A stretch of 64,000 nt of DNA from Microcoleus sp. (GCA_042408215.1 JAYFMW010000020.1:448001-512000); one strand, 5' to 3'; numbered from the stretch's first letter, positions 11,087 to 22,125 are shown. Notes: generated by a model not told the origin, from the sequence alone. A program made the numbers and translations.

Positions 11087-11368
11087 TTAACTCTCAGTTG
11101 CAGAAAGGCTTACTTCTTCAACTTGTAGCCTCGCGCACAAAATGCGATCGCACATAATTGCACCCGCCTCCACACTTTTGCAAACTTCCAACTGAGCTTC
11201 GGGTAGCGCTTCAAACAATAAACATTCCCCCGGAAACACCGTCCGTTCAAAATACCAATTAGGAATGTTGGTAATTCTAGCAATTTGAATTTTGCTACTT
11301 GTATTTATATACCAGCAAAGAATTCGCATTGCAGGATCAGAAATTACCTCAGTGATTGTTGAAATCAT
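11087..11368 (-). CDS. DUF1830-family protein
   Basis: Y-x-N-x-S...QIARITNIPNWYFERTVFPG motif. Confidence 0.8.
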   Translation of the reverse strand: MISTITEVISDPAMRILCWYINTSSKIQIARITNIPNWYFERTVFPGECLLFEALPEAQLEVCKSVEAGAIMCDRILCARLQVEEVSLSATES

Positions 11369-11500
11369 ATTTTTAACTGGCAGAGTGAAATCGTGTATTT
11401 TTGGGAGCCATCTTACTCTTCTAAATATAGCAGAAAACCATTTTTCTGCTATGGCCAGAGCATTTTTTCGCTGGATTAATCAAGTTCGCCTCCAATATCC

Positions 11501-11719
11501 TCATAAAGCCGATGAAAAAGGTTCAAGTCCTAAAGAACAAGCCGGCCATCCGCCTCTCACAGGTGCGTTCAGCAATTGACAGTTACCTGCTGATCCCCTC
11601 TGAAATTCGTAGTGACGGCAAAAACTACATTTAGAAGTAGATTTTTTGCCCATCTCACCAATCGTAAGGTTGAGTTGGCTGTGGGGTGCTGGGCGCTCTA
11701 AAATTTGAGTGTTCATCAA
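11501..11719 (-). CDS. Small conserved Cys-rich cyanobacterial protein
   Basis: CxxCRHY...GxCQLLNAPVxGxWxAC pattern. Confidence 0.6.
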   Translation of the reverse strand: MMNTQILERPAPHSQLNLTIGEMGKKSTSKCSFCRHYEFQRGSAGNCQLLNAPVRGGWPACSLGLEPFSSAL

Positions 11720-11944
11720 ATCGCTTTTTATATCTTCGCTCTCAAGTATGACAGTCAGATATTTGCGGGCGCGTCTATCCCAAGGCTTAGTTAACCTTGG
11801 TAATATCTTTAGGGAGCGTTACAAATTATATCAATTTCTATCTAAAAAGTCTAGGGATCAATTAAATATCTCTTCATCTCAGCCGCTGACAATGGCTGAG
11901 TCCGGGCTGCCCCGTGCCGATTTTTACTACCTATAAGGATACAC

Positions 11945-13279
11945 CTAATTATCCTCCCCTAGCTTGCTAAACAAAGTCGATAAAATTGTATTGGAGAATA
12001 AAAAACCTTCTGGATCGCTCAACCTCAGATGGCCCGACCTCGGCGGCTTTTCACCCTCTCTTAAAGTTGCGCGAACTCCGTCCGATCGCACAATTTCCAC
12101 CCATCCTTGCCGCCAGTAAGGCTGTAAACACTGCCAAATTCGATCGACCGTTTTTTGACCGAACCGATCGGCGAGCCCAGACCAACTCAGCCCGGATGCT
12201 AAACGCAAACCCAGCATCAGCGTTTCTAACAAAACTGCATTTTCCGACATTGGCAAATCTGGCTGGCTTTCCCCAAGCTGGTTTGGGGAATTTCGAGCCG
12301 AGAGCTCCCGCACCCATTGATAATATTCTTGAGTTTTGCGAGGCCTTGTCAACCGCACCCCCTGCACGTAACTTGCCGCCCCCATTCCCAACCCGTAATA
12401 AGCGCGATTTTCCCAATAAACGCGGTTGTGGCGACACTGATGGCCCGATCGAGCGTAATTAGAAATCTCGTAATGTTCGTATCCCGCACCTGTCAGAATT
12501 TCCCGCGCCAAACGATACATTTGAGCAGCGGTTTCATCCGCAGGAAGCGGCTGTGCACCTGCTTGAAAGTATCGACCAAAAGCAGTTACAGGTTCAATAA
12601 CTAAGTCGTAACACGACAGGTGAGTCGGGGAAATTTCCACCGCCGATTCTAGGGAAGCTTGCCACTGTGTTAAAGTTTGGTGTGGCAGTCCCGAAATTAG
12701 GTCTAAACTGAAATTGACAATATTAGCCGATCGAATGATCTCCACTGCTGCAAAAATTTCCGCGACAGAATGCGATCGCCCGCAAGAGAGCAACAATTCA
12801 TCCTGAAAAGCTTGCGTACCCAAACTAACTCGATTTACCCCAGCCGCCACATATCCTCGCAACTGTTCTAAATTAAACGTACCCGGATCTATTTCGAGGG
12901 AAATTTCCGCCTCAGCAGCAATCCCAAATTGGCGATCGAGAGTTTCTAAAATATTGCTCAACTGACTCACCGAAAGCAGCGAAGGCGTCCCGCCACCAAA
13001 AAAAACCGTGTTCAGGGATTCCCCTAAATTTGGCGTTTCCTGAATTTCCTGACATAGCACGTCTACATATTGCACAATCGTGCCTGAATTCTCGCCATTT
13101 TTGCGATCGCCCACCACAAACACCGGAAAATCGCAGTAGTAGCAGCGACGACGACAAAAAGGTATGTGTAGGTAAGCCGAACTGGGAACACCGGAATTTG
13201 CCACTTGCGAACCAGTCTCCAATTCAAATGTTAAATAATCTGTGGTAATGCTCATCACATTTAATTGGGAAATTGACAC
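11945..13279 (-). CDS. hemW: Radical SAM heme chaperone HemW (HemN-like)
   Basis: YLHIPFCRRRCYYCDF, FFGGGTPS, YEISNY, HNRVYW; start codon uncertain. Confidence 0.9.
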   Translation of the reverse strand: MSISQLNVMSITTDYLTFELETGSQVANSGVPSSAYLHIPFCRRRCYYCDFPVFVVGDRKNGENSGTIVQYVDVLCQEIQETPNLGESLNTVFFGGGTPSLLSVSQLSNILETLDRQFGIAAEAEISLEIDPGTFNLEQLRGYVAAGVNRVSLGTQAFQDELLLSCGRSHSVAEIFAAVEIIRSANIVNFSLDLISGLPHQTLTQWQASLESAVEISPTHLSCYDLVIEPVTAFGRYFQAGAQPLPADETAAQMYRLAREILTGAGYEHYEISNYARSGHQCRHNRVYWENRAYYGLGMGAASYVQGVRLTRPRKTQEYYQWVRELSARNSPNQLGESQPDLPMSENAVLLETLMLGLRLASGLSWSGLADRFGQKTVDRIWQCLQPYWRQGWVEIVRSDGVRATLREGEKPPRSGHLRLSDPEGFLFSNTILSTLFSKLGEDN

Positions 13280-13632
13280 TTCAAACCTTTAATTTTCATT
13301 AAATCATGATTAATTTTTATGAATTTTTTGAGGTAATTTCACCAACATCGCCCAGGGAGCGATCGGCTCTTTCAGTTTAACCGCAACAGTTGTTGCGTCG
13401 GCAGCAATTCCTGAAATTACCGCTCCCTCGGCCGTTGGTAGCAATGGAGCAGCTCGCTATGGCTGGTGGAATGCTGAGCACTGCGGGCGATCGCACGAGC
13501 CCGTAAGCGTGCAACGAAAGAAAAATAACTTTATGAAAATCCGCCAGTACAGATAGAGATATCCGATCGCAACTTAGGAAAAACTCTTAGCACCGGAAAG
13601 ATATAATGTAAACAAATTCATTGGTCAGAAAA

Positions 13633-14712
13633 ATGCTAGATGCAATCATAATTATCTCATTCATCATCGCAGGGGGTGGGATCGGCTATTACGGAGTCGA
13701 GCTCCTACCGACCAACCTCCTAGAGCAAGTCACCAACATAGAAGGTTTGAGCTCCGTACTCGGCTCTTTTGGGGCATTAATTGGCTTCGTGCTCGGATTA
13801 GTGGCTCAAACCACCTACCGGCGCGTCGAAAAACAATTCCGGGATATGCCCGTAGAAATGCTGCTCACGCGGGCGATCGGCTTAATCATCGGACTACTCG
13901 TAGCCAACCTGATGCTCGCCCCACTATTCCTCCTGCCAATTCCCCGCGAGTTTGGCTTCATCAAACCCCTAGTCGCAGTTTTAGGTAGCGTCATGTTCGG
14001 CTTCACAGGCGTCAACTTGACAGACACTCACGGCCGAGCTTTCTTACGACTGATCAACCCCAAAAGCTTAGACACAGTGTTGGTAGCCGAAGGCATATTC
14101 AAGCCAGCCGCCGCCAAAGTTGTCGATACAAGCTGCATCATAGACGGACGAATTGAAAACCTACTAGAAACAGGTTTCCTAGAAGGTCAAATTATCGTGC
14201 CCCAATTCGTTCTCCAAGAATTGCAACTAATAGCTGATTCCGCCAACGACCAAAAACGGGTACGAGGACGGCGCGGCTTAGATATTCTCAACCGCATCAA
14301 AGAAACTTATCCAGAACGGATTCAAATTCACTCCGCTGACTACGAAGATATTGCTACAGTCGATGCCAAATTAGTCCGCTTTGCTTTGGATATCGACGGC
14401 ATTCTGCTAACCAACGATTACAATTTATCCAAAGTAGCTACCGTACAAAAACTGCCAGTTTTAAATATTAACGATTTGACTCATGCAGTGCGTCCGACTT
14501 ATTTACCCGGAGACACCATCGAACTCAAAATCCGCAAAGAAGGCAAGGAACCATCTCAAGGAATTGGCTACTTGGATGACGGCACAATGGTTGTCGTCGA
14601 AGCCGGCAGCAGCTACGTCGGCGGCGAAGCCAGAGTTGTAGTCACAAGCGCTTTGCAAACAACCGCAGGCAGAATGATTTTTGCCCGCCCTCAAGAATCC
14701 GTCATTGTTTGA
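13633..14712 (+). CDS. Membrane PIN/TRAM domain protein
   Basis: N-terminal TM helices, DTSCIIDGRI PIN motif, GYLDDGTMVVVE and QTTAGRMIF TRAM motifs. Confidence 0.9.
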   Translation: MLDAIIIISFIIAGGGIGYYGVELLPTNLLEQVTNIEGLSSVLGSFGALIGFVLGLVAQTTYRRVEKQFRDMPVEMLLTRAIGLIIGLLVANLMLAPLFLLPIPREFGFIKPLVAVLGSVMFGFTGVNLTDTHGRAFLRLINPKSLDTVLVAEGIFKPAAAKVVDTSCIIDGRIENLLETGFLEGQIIVPQFVLQELQLIADSANDQKRVRGRRGLDILNRIKETYPERIQIHSADYEDIATVDAKLVRFALDIDGILLTNDYNLSKVATVQKLPVLNINDLTHAVRPTYLPGDTIELKIRKEGKEPSQGIGYLDDGTMVVVEAGSSYVGGEARVVVTSALQTTAGRMIFARPQESVIV

Positions 14713-14724
14713 AATTCACTAAAA

Positions 14725-14919
14725 ATGGCCAGAGCAATTAGAATTAAATATTGCGATCGCTGTTCCCAATCTGCCTCGACTCTCTACCGCGCCCGGTACG
14801 ACGAGTCGGGGCAGTGTTTTTTTCTATGTCTTAACTCTTGGGAATCCGTAATTAAAAATAATCCTTTTTACAAGGCGGCACTTGGAAAGCTAAAAAGAAA
14901 AGCAGTCAGTAGTTATTAG
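14725..14919 (+). pseudogene. Frameshifted small Zn-ribbon-like conserved protein
   Basis: CDRC...LYR...NPFY; the expected GGTWKAKKK tail is present in another frame right after TAC at about 14871. Confidence 0.55.
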
Positions 14920-14952
14920 TTATTAGTTATTAGTTATTAGTTATTAGTTATT
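14910..14952. repeat. STRR heptamer tract (TAGTTAT)n
   Basis: Direct tandem repeats. Confidence 0.9.
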
Positions 14953-15094
14953 TGTTTAGGACTTACGCACAGACTCTACTTGTAGGGTGCGCCCATCAGC
15001 ACCTTACTACTACAATACCCAGAGCCCCGACAACTTCTGCGAAGTCGGGGCTCTAACAGCGAGATCGTTCTACGTTTAATTAAGTTGATCTACT

Positions 15095-15209
15095 TATAGC
15101 GGTTCTCAAGAAAGTGAGGTATGCCCTATGCCCTATGCCCTATGCCCTATGCCCTATGCCCTATGCCCTATGCACGTCGGGCACCGCACTGTTACTGAGA
15201 AAGGCTATA
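15095..15209. mobile_element. MITE-like element (TAGC..TTCTCA family) with (ATGCCCT)n interior
   Basis: Inverted termini TATAGCGGTTCTCA / TGAGAAAGGCTATA; relatives at 43485-43658 and 45834-45948. Confidence 0.75.
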
Positions 15210-15765
15210 CATCTTCATATATTGCCTCGATCGCACATTTAAAATTAACAGTAGCCAACTCAACTTCTTCCCCTGGACTGTAAGGATGAAGCACCCACAA
15301 ACCCTCGGCATTCCGGCGAAAACACTCGACACCAACTCTTTCTTGATTGATTAATACATATTCTTCTAAAGTTTCACACTTGCGGTAATCTGCAAACTTG
15401 TCACCTCTATCAAAAGCCGCTGTTGTCGGCGATAAAACTTCCACAATTAAGCGCGGGTAGCGAATGAAATCTTCCGCAGCATTTTTGTCCCGTTCATCAC
15501 AACTCACCGCTACATCGGGATAGTAATAACAATCTGCTGCCTCAATCCGAACTTTCATGTCTGCCATGTAAGGTATGCAGCCACTTCCCCGAAGATGGTT
15601 TCTGAGCAAAGTTGCTACGTTGAGAGTAATAATAACATGAGCTTTGCTTGCCCCTGCCATTGCATAGATTTCGCCTTGTCTGTACTCGTGTTTGATCGGG
15701 CTGACTCTCTCGCCTGCTAAATAGTCTTCGGGAGAGACGTAGGTGTAGCTTTTACTTGCAGTCAT
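15205..15765 (-). CDS. Uma2-family endonuclease
   Basis: KHEY..GEIYAMAG, YYPDV, LIVEVLSPTT..FDRGDKF. Confidence 0.92.
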   Translation of the reverse strand: MTASKSYTYVSPEDYLAGERVSPIKHEYRQGEIYAMAGASKAHVIITLNVATLLRNHLRGSGCIPYMADMKVRIEAADCYYYPDVAVSCDERDKNAAEDFIRYPRLIVEVLSPTTAAFDRGDKFADYRKCETLEEYVLINQERVGVECFRRNAEGLWVLHPYSPGEEVELATVNFKCAIEAIYEDV

Positions 15766-15994
15766 AAAATTTTGAGGTTGGGGAGGATTTCACAATTATA
15801 GTCGATCGGCTCAAAGTCATTTTTTCAGGCAGATTTGCTATAACTTCCTTCCAGCCTAATATAATAGATATCTCCAGCAAAACCATTCAAGGGCAGGCTT
15901 TGGGTCTCCCCCACAAGAATTGTTGGAGAAGTCGAATGTATAAAGCCTTGCCTTTAGCAAAAACCAACGCGAGAGTTTAAGGAAAATAAATTCC

Positions 15995-16351
15995 ATGTCC
16001 AATGCAATCATGGTAATTTTTCCCCATCGGGAACAATACACCTGGGTTTTTGACGACGATAAAGTCGGACTTGTGCGGGAACCGTTTGTTCAGGGCGTCC
16101 CCGAAATGATAGATGTCCTTGTCGCAGACATCCCCAATGCCGAAAAAGGTTTTCGACTGTTATTTTCAGCAACACCTTTTCCCGGATATCAAGCAGAAAT
16201 GGTGTTGTTAAGAGAAGAATACGGCGGCAACTGGTACCGGTGGGAATCGAAAAATATGGAAGGCTGGCTGTGTCCGGCTATGTTCAAATATTTTACCCAA
16301 GCACCGCCCAAGTTGTACTGCCAAGCCGAACAAATTAAACCATTAACATAA
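15995..16351 (+). CDS. Conserved hypothetical protein (DUF6717-like)
   Basis: WVFDD...EPFV.G, FSATPFPG, GWLCPA..KYF motifs. Confidence 0.7.
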   Translation: MSNAIMVIFPHREQYTWVFDDDKVGLVREPFVQGVPEMIDVLVADIPNAEKGFRLLFSATPFPGYQAEMVLLREEYGGNWYRWESKNMEGWLCPAMFKYFTQAPPKLYCQAEQIKPLT

Positions 16352-16357
16352 CAGTCC

Positions 16358-17710
16358 ATGAAAAACTTGTCAATCTTGCAAAAAAGCTTTTTTAAACCGG
16401 TCGATCGAGTCTCTAGAAAAAAGCCAAAATTAGCCCTGTATATGTTGGGGCTGTTTTTGCTGTTTCTCACAGCAGCAATCGCGGCAGCCCTCGGGGCAAT
16501 TACCGCCCTGTTATCCCCCGTGGAACCGCAAATTATTACTAGAGTGCTAGACGCTACCGGGCTCCCTGAGAGCAAGCCCGCCCGTTCTGGATACCGCCTG
16601 TCGCGGCCAGTTAATATCTTAATCATGGGAGTTGACCGCGTACCACAAGTTGCGGCAAATTCCTCTAAAAGTTTTGACGGTCGTAGCGATACAATACTCT
16701 TATTGCACCTCGATCCTAGAGATAAATCTATTAGTTTGCTTTCGGTGCCGCGAGATACTAAAGTCAAAATTCCCGGAGTTGCTTTCAGCAAAATTGGCGA
16801 AGCAAATGCTAGAGGAGGATCAGCTTTAGCGGCGCGATCGATCAGCAGTATGCTGAACAATGTGACCATCGATCGATACGTGCGAATTAGCACCGATGCG
16901 TTTCGCGAATTAGTCGATTTGTTGGGCCAAGTGGAAGTATTTGTACCCCGCGCGATGTCCTATACAGATAGTGCCCAAAAGTTAAGAATCAACTTAGTGC
17001 AGGGATGGCAAACTCTCAACGGAGAACAAGCAGAACAATTTGCTCGATTTCGCAATGACGGTTTAGGAGATGTCGGCAGCATTGGGCGTCAGCAATCTTT
17101 AATTCAAGCTATTCGGAACCGACTTGTAAGTCCATCAGTAGTGGTGCGGCTACCGGAAATTATTCGATTGATGCAAAAATATGTCGATACAAATCTAAAA
17201 TTTGAGGAAATATTGACTCTGGCAAATTTTGGTGTGCAATTAGAACCAGATAATTTTAAAATGGTGATGTTGCCTGGACGTTCTAGTTCAGAAGAAGGCG
17301 ATTTGAGGAGTTATTGGATTGTAGATGCGATCGGGCGCGATCGAATTATGACACAATACTTCAAGCAAGGCTTGTTAGATTTTGCACAAGGGCGATTTGG
17401 CAATCCCAGCCAGTCTGTTTTGCCCAGCCAACTCAAAATAGCCGTCCAAAACGCTTCTAGCAACCCAAAAACAGCTAAAACCCTTGCTAGCTTTCTCAGA
17501 AAAAAGGGGTTTTATAATGTATATGTCGTTCAGGATTGGCCTGACAAGCAGCGTCAAAGCCAAATTATTGTACAGCAAGGCGATTTAGAGGCCGCGAATA
17601 TCCTTCAAAAAGTCTTAGGCGACGGTAAGATTGAAGCAGCTTCGATCGGTGAAATCGCTTCTGACTTGACAATTCGCATCGGCGAAGATTGGGTCAAACG
17701 ATTTAATTAG
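16358..17710 (+). CDS. LCP (LytR-CpsA-Psr) family protein with LytR_C domain
   Basis: NILIMGVD, RSDTILL, SVPRDT, FARFR; C-terminal AVQNAS...DLTIRIGEDW. Confidence 0.92.
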   Translation: MKNLSILQKSFFKPVDRVSRKKPKLALYMLGLFLLFLTAAIAAALGAITALLSPVEPQIITRVLDATGLPESKPARSGYRLSRPVNILIMGVDRVPQVAANSSKSFDGRSDTILLLHLDPRDKSISLLSVPRDTKVKIPGVAFSKIGEANARGGSALAARSISSMLNNVTIDRYVRISTDAFRELVDLLGQVEVFVPRAMSYTDSAQKLRINLVQGWQTLNGEQAEQFARFRNDGLGDVGSIGRQQSLIQAIRNRLVSPSVVVRLPEIIRLMQKYVDTNLKFEEILTLANFGVQLEPDNFKMVMLPGRSSSEEGDLRSYWIVDAIGRDRIMTQYFKQGLLDFAQGRFGNPSQSVLPSQLKIAVQNASSNPKTAKTLASFLRKKGFYNVYVVQDWPDKQRQSQIIVQQGDLEAANILQKVLGDGKIEAASIGEIASDLTIRIGEDWVKRFN

Positions 17711-17802
17711 TTATTAGTCAGTAGTCAGTAGTCATTAGTCATTAGTCATTAGTCATTAGTCAGTAGTCATTAGTCAGTAGTCAGTAGTCATTAGTCATTA
17801 GT
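17707..17802. repeat. STRR heptamer tract (TAGTCAT/TAGTCAG)n
   Basis: Direct tandem repeats. Confidence 0.9.
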
Positions 17803-17885
17803 CGTTCAATCCAAAATCTCAAATCTCAAATCTAAAATTGCCCAATGTCCAATGCCCAATGCCCAATTCCCCATTCCCAATTTCC

Positions 17886-18395
17886 ATGAAAAGTATATTC
17901 CGAATTTTTCTGAGCCTGATTTTAAGTTTAGTTATAGCTTTTGGGTGGGTGATGCTGAGCGCTACTCCCGCATTTGCCTTACCTAAAACCAATGTGAATT
18001 ACACTAACATTAATTTGGACCATCGCGATTTTTCTAACGCTGATTTAGCCGGTGGAACATTTGTAGCTGCTGAGATGCGGAATACAAATTTTCAAGGTGC
18101 TGATTTAACTAATGCAATTTTGACTAAAGGAGTTTTGCTCAATGCCAATTTGTCCGGTGCTAACCTCTCCGGTGCTTTGGTAGATAGAGTGACATTTGAT
18201 GGCGCTAATTTAACAAATGCTAATTTTACTGAGGCTATTTTGACTCGAACTCGGTTTTACAATGCGGCCATTTCCGGTGCTGATTTTACTGATGCGATTA
18301 TCGACTCCTATCAAGTGAATCTCCTGTGCGAAAAAGCAGAGGGAATTAATCAAAAAACGGGGGTTTCTACGCGAGAAAGTTTGGGATGCAGGTAA
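17886..18395 (+). CDS. Exported/lumenal pentapeptide repeat protein
   Basis: Signal peptide, A(D/N)LxG repeats, C-terminal LC...TRESLGC. Confidence 0.9.
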   Translation: MKSIFRIFLSLILSLVIAFGWVMLSATPAFALPKTNVNYTNINLDHRDFSNADLAGGTFVAAEMRNTNFQGADLTNAILTKGVLLNANLSGANLSGALVDRVTFDGANLTNANFTEAILTRTRFYNAAISGADFTDAIIDSYQVNLLCEKAEGINQKTGVSTRESLGCR

Positions 18396-18551
18396 AAGCT
18401 GTGGGCTAATTTATTCTATATTAATAAGTTTGTAGTGAGGGACTTCAGTCCTCGTCGCTCCCCCCTAGCCCCCCTTTTTAAGGGGGGAATAAGAGTTAAG
18501 TAGGGTGCTTAGGTTGCACCTTACTACTGGGATTTGTGGGTATTCTGTTTT

Positions 18552-19820
18552 TTATCGAGCCCTACAAATGCTGGTGCTTGTAGTACCAACTACCAAATCC
18601 GAATTCAACTGCAAATCTAAATCGGTGTCGGGATTCACAACATACAAATCGACTTTATCTCTACCCAAAAACACTCCGATCAAACTCCCGATTCCAGCGC
18701 CACCGAGCACTTCTTCAGTCGCGATCGCCCGATCGCCCGTAACACCTGCGATCGCGGCGGCGGCGGCAGCACCCAAAGCCGTATTCTTAATCAGATTACC
18801 AACATTAACGCCCTTAGTCACACTTTCCTTCTTAGTAATCAGTTGCGAAGTAGCATTCAGAGGTACTCTGCTACCATTGAGTATGCTTAATTCTTGGGCT
18901 ACAAACTGAACGCCCCCAGAAGTCGATCGCAATTCGCCGCTCACTTTCGAGCCTTCCGGTACAAGCACTTTACCATCATTGCTCACCAGATCCGCAGCCA
19001 CTGTCAGCGTAATCGGAGACTTATCATTTGGGCCAAGCAGAATCTTGTCTTTTGTGTACTCGACGAGGATACGAGCACCGCTAGGAATTTTCACTGCTAC
19101 AGTCTCGCTAACATCAACCTTGGCAATATAGGGAGAATTAATTGCTTTTGCTTGATTAGTATTGACTAAAACTTGATAAATAAAAGCAGCTACTTCAGCC
19201 CGCGTTGCTGACTGGTTAGGCTTCAGAGATTTCGGATTAGGATAGCTGACAACCATCTGTCTTTCCGTAGCAGCAGCAACACTTTTGACAGCATAGTTTT
19301 GAATTTCAACCGCATCATTATAGTAGCTCAGAACATCTTGAAAATTGCAAATAGGCTCATAGCCCAGCCCATTATTTAAAGCGACTACAACTTGAACGCG
19401 AGGAATCTGCTGTGAGGGCCTGAAAACATTGCCGGGATAACCCGACATCCATCCCATTTCATAGGCTTCTGCGATCGCCCCCCTTGCCCAAAAATTCGAT
19501 TGAACATCCACAAAACCAACAGCAGCGCGGGTTTTTGCCTTGTTCACAGAACGAATCATTGCCGCGAATTCCGCTCGCGTCACGGGTGCATCCGGGCGGA
19601 ATCTGCCATCAGGAAATCCTTTGATAATGCCTCTTTCTGACAAATCTTGAATAAAGTCTTTGGCCCAGTAGTTATTGTTGACATCAGAAAAAGCTGTTTG
19701 AGCAAAAGATGGGGCGGGATCTAGCATCGGGGCTGCGGTTCCTGCAATGGTTCCCAATGTTAATAAAATAGATGTACCGGATTTAATGCGATGAAATACA
19801 GACATTTTTATGTTCTCCAA
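18552..19820 (-). CDS. S-layer homology domain protein
   Basis: FSDV..YWA, GFPDGRFRP, TRAEFAA SLH repeats; glycine-zipper-like C-terminus. Confidence 0.88.
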   Translation of the reverse strand: MENIKMSVFHRIKSGTSILLTLGTIAGTAAPMLDPAPSFAQTAFSDVNNNYWAKDFIQDLSERGIIKGFPDGRFRPDAPVTRAEFAAMIRSVNKAKTRAAVGFVDVQSNFWARGAIAEAYEMGWMSGYPGNVFRPSQQIPRVQVVVALNNGLGYEPICNFQDVLSYYNDAVEIQNYAVKSVAAATERQMVVSYPNPKSLKPNQSATRAEVAAFIYQVLVNTNQAKAINSPYIAKVDVSETVAVKIPSGARILVEYTKDKILLGPNDKSPITLTVAADLVSNDGKVLVPEGSKVSGELRSTSGGVQFVAQELSILNGSRVPLNATSQLITKKESVTKGVNVGNLIKNTALGAAAAAAIAGVTGDRAIATEEVLGGAGIGSLIGVFLGRDKVDLYVVNPDTDLDLQLNSDLVVGTTSTSICRAR

Positions 19821-20128
19821 TTTACTGTTAGCAATTTATTAAAGGATTTGTCCTCTGTTATGTAATAATTATGCAACAATCTGATTTTTCTTGCAGGGAA
19901 GATACGGTCTTTTAAAATAAATAAATTTCTGGTATTTTCGGGATTGTAAAATCCTTAAATTCCTTAAAGTCTTTATGTTCCTTATCTCCTTTATCTGCCT
20001 TGTCTCTGTGATTAACAGGATTTACGGACAAAGCCGTTTGAGAAGAACTGCGAGTTCCCTTGACATGATCTCGCGCACATGAGAATATTAGCTATAGAGA
20101 CACATCGCATCAACTAGAGAACAAAAAT

Positions 20129-21610
20129 ATGAGCGCAGACGAACATATCTTGCAATTACCTCATATAAGTTTAAAGAGCAGAACACTACTGCCGGAAGAA
20201 TCTGGAATATATTACGTTGTCGATGAAACATCCATAATTTGGTACATCGGAAAAGCCAAGAATCTACGCACCCGATGGACAGGTGACAGCCACCACAGAC
20301 TAGATCAATTACAAAAGCAACGAAAAAAGCAGTTTACTATCTACTACGAATTATTGCCTGAATCGCTACTCGATCTTATCGAACAGCAGCGGATTGAGCA
20401 TTACAGCCCGCAGTTGAATGGAACTAAAGTCAAGGCTAAGAAATTACATCCAACCGAGACATTGTTACGGCAAACGTTATTTAGCCTTGCCCCTTACAGT
20501 TTTGTATTAGGTGTAGAATCCGCCCGAAAAGAAGATATTAAATTCATCGAAGATTCTATCTATAGGCTAGATAATTGGAGAGTTAAAAAGGCTCTTTTGC
20601 CTCTAATTGTAATACACATTTGCATCAATTTAAGTGAAATAGGCTACAACTGGAAATCAGCAATCCGTTTCCTGAAAACAATTTTTAGAAAGCGCAGTAA
20701 TTATTATAACAACTGGGAATTTGCTTATAAAGGTAAACCAGTTTATGAATTTGCTATGAGAAGATTGTTGGTCAATGGCTTCGCTATAGAAGTATATGGA
20801 ATCGACAAAGAAGCATTTGAATACATTCAAGGCTACGATTTGACTCAAGTGGCAAATGTAGAGATTAGGACTGTTGATGACGCTTCTTTAGCCATCCTAA
20901 AAAATAATTGTTTGCTTCGAGTTGCAGGAATATCTTTGGCTAATGATAACCAAGATTATCCATACGATCAACTTTCCCGCAAGGCTATAGAACGAATTCA
21001 TCCTTATAAACAAGATTTGGTTAAATTACTTTTTAATGAAGATATCGATTTAAGTAAGCTGCAAGTATTACCAATAGATACAAGAACTCTCCGCGATAGT
21101 AAGACGGGTCTGCTTGTAAGGTTGGCAAACATTGTTCAGAAAAAACAATATCTCGCGGCATTTTTAACGGAACGCGGTATTGACTTAAATCGTTATGAGG
21201 TAAATAGGTATCTAGAGCAACTACCAAAGGACGATAATTATATGGACAGCCTCAGAGATAAAAGAATGACTATCTTTGTCAAGCCATTTTTTGTTGTTAA
21301 TAACCAAGAAATTTATTCAGAAGCCACAGTAGATAGAGTGTTTTGGTTACTGCTAGAAACCTACTTGTCTGGTTTTGCTAAAGTAAAGCTGAACGAAGAA
21401 GAAGCATCTGCAAGCAAAGCGTATCTATTGCCTAGAAGATGTATGTCACCTGCTATAGTCACTGTCACCCTAAATGGGAAATGGAAAGCAGATATTCCAT
21501 TTGGTGCTAAAGATAATATGTCGTACAATGCAAGTATAGAGGCGATCGCAAGTCTGTTACAGGCCAGCGGAATACCTAAGCTGAAGTTCTCATTCACACT
21601 GGAGTCTTAA
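20129..21610 (+). CDS. GIY-YIG nuclease domain protein with long uncharacterised C-terminus
   Basis: SGIYYV...WYIGKAKNLRTRW...E...PQLN; AT-rich relative to neighbours. Confidence 0.8.
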   Translation: MSADEHILQLPHISLKSRTLLPEESGIYYVVDETSIIWYIGKAKNLRTRWTGDSHHRLDQLQKQRKKQFTIYYELLPESLLDLIEQQRIEHYSPQLNGTKVKAKKLHPTETLLRQTLFSLAPYSFVLGVESARKEDIKFIEDSIYRLDNWRVKKALLPLIVIHICINLSEIGYNWKSAIRFLKTIFRKRSNYYNNWEFAYKGKPVYEFAMRRLLVNGFAIEVYGIDKEAFEYIQGYDLTQVANVEIRTVDDASLAILKNNCLLRVAGISLANDNQDYPYDQLSRKAIERIHPYKQDLVKLLFNEDIDLSKLQVLPIDTRTLRDSKTGLLVRLANIVQKKQYLAAFLTERGIDLNRYEVNRYLEQLPKDDNYMDSLRDKRMTIFVKPFFVVNNQEIYSEATVDRVFWLLLETYLSGFAKVKLNEEEASASKAYLLPRRCMSPAIVTVTLNGKWKADIPFGAKDNMSYNASIEAIASLLQASGIPKLKFSFTLES

Positions 21611-22125
21611 CGCACATAGCTGTTTGCAAAAGAAAGAGTTGTGGTAGGGTGCGTCAGGTTTTATGTTCTAAATTTGCACAAAAATTATGATTCTGACGCA
21701 CCGTTTGTTGCGTGGTGCGTCAGTTGTGAGATTGTTGGTTTGTATCGAAAATAATGCGAGCTGACGCACCCTACTACTAACTCGACGCACATAGCTGTTT
21801 GCAAAAGAAAGAGTTGTGGTAGGGTGCGTCAGGTTTTAGGTTGTAAATTTGCACAAAGATTATGATTGTGACGCACCGTTTGTTGCGTGGTGCGTCAGTT
21901 GTGAGATTGTTGGTTTGTATCGAAAATAATGCGAGCTGACGCACCCTACTACTAAACGCACATAGCTGTTTGCAAAAGAAAGAGTTGTGGTAGGGTGCGT
22001 CAGGTTTTATGTTCTAAATTTGCACAAAGATTATGATTGTGACGCACCGTTTGTTGCGTGGTGCGTCAGTTGTGAGATTGTTGGTTTGGAGCGAAAATAA
22101 TGGTAGCTGACGCACCCTACTACTA
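21610..22125. repeat. Three tandem 171-175 bp REP-like units
   Basis: Units start at 21610, 21785, 21956; each is GTAGGGTGCGTCAG...TGACGCACC..GGTGCGTCAG...CTGACGCACCCTAC. Confidence 0.92.

Noticed and set aside
16189..16893. 234-aa ORF and other long antisense ORFs (e.g. 10559-11011, 52938-53396)
   Set aside because: Shadow frames of well-supported genes
21610..22125. CRISPR-like array
   Set aside because: Sequences between the palindromes are near-identical between units
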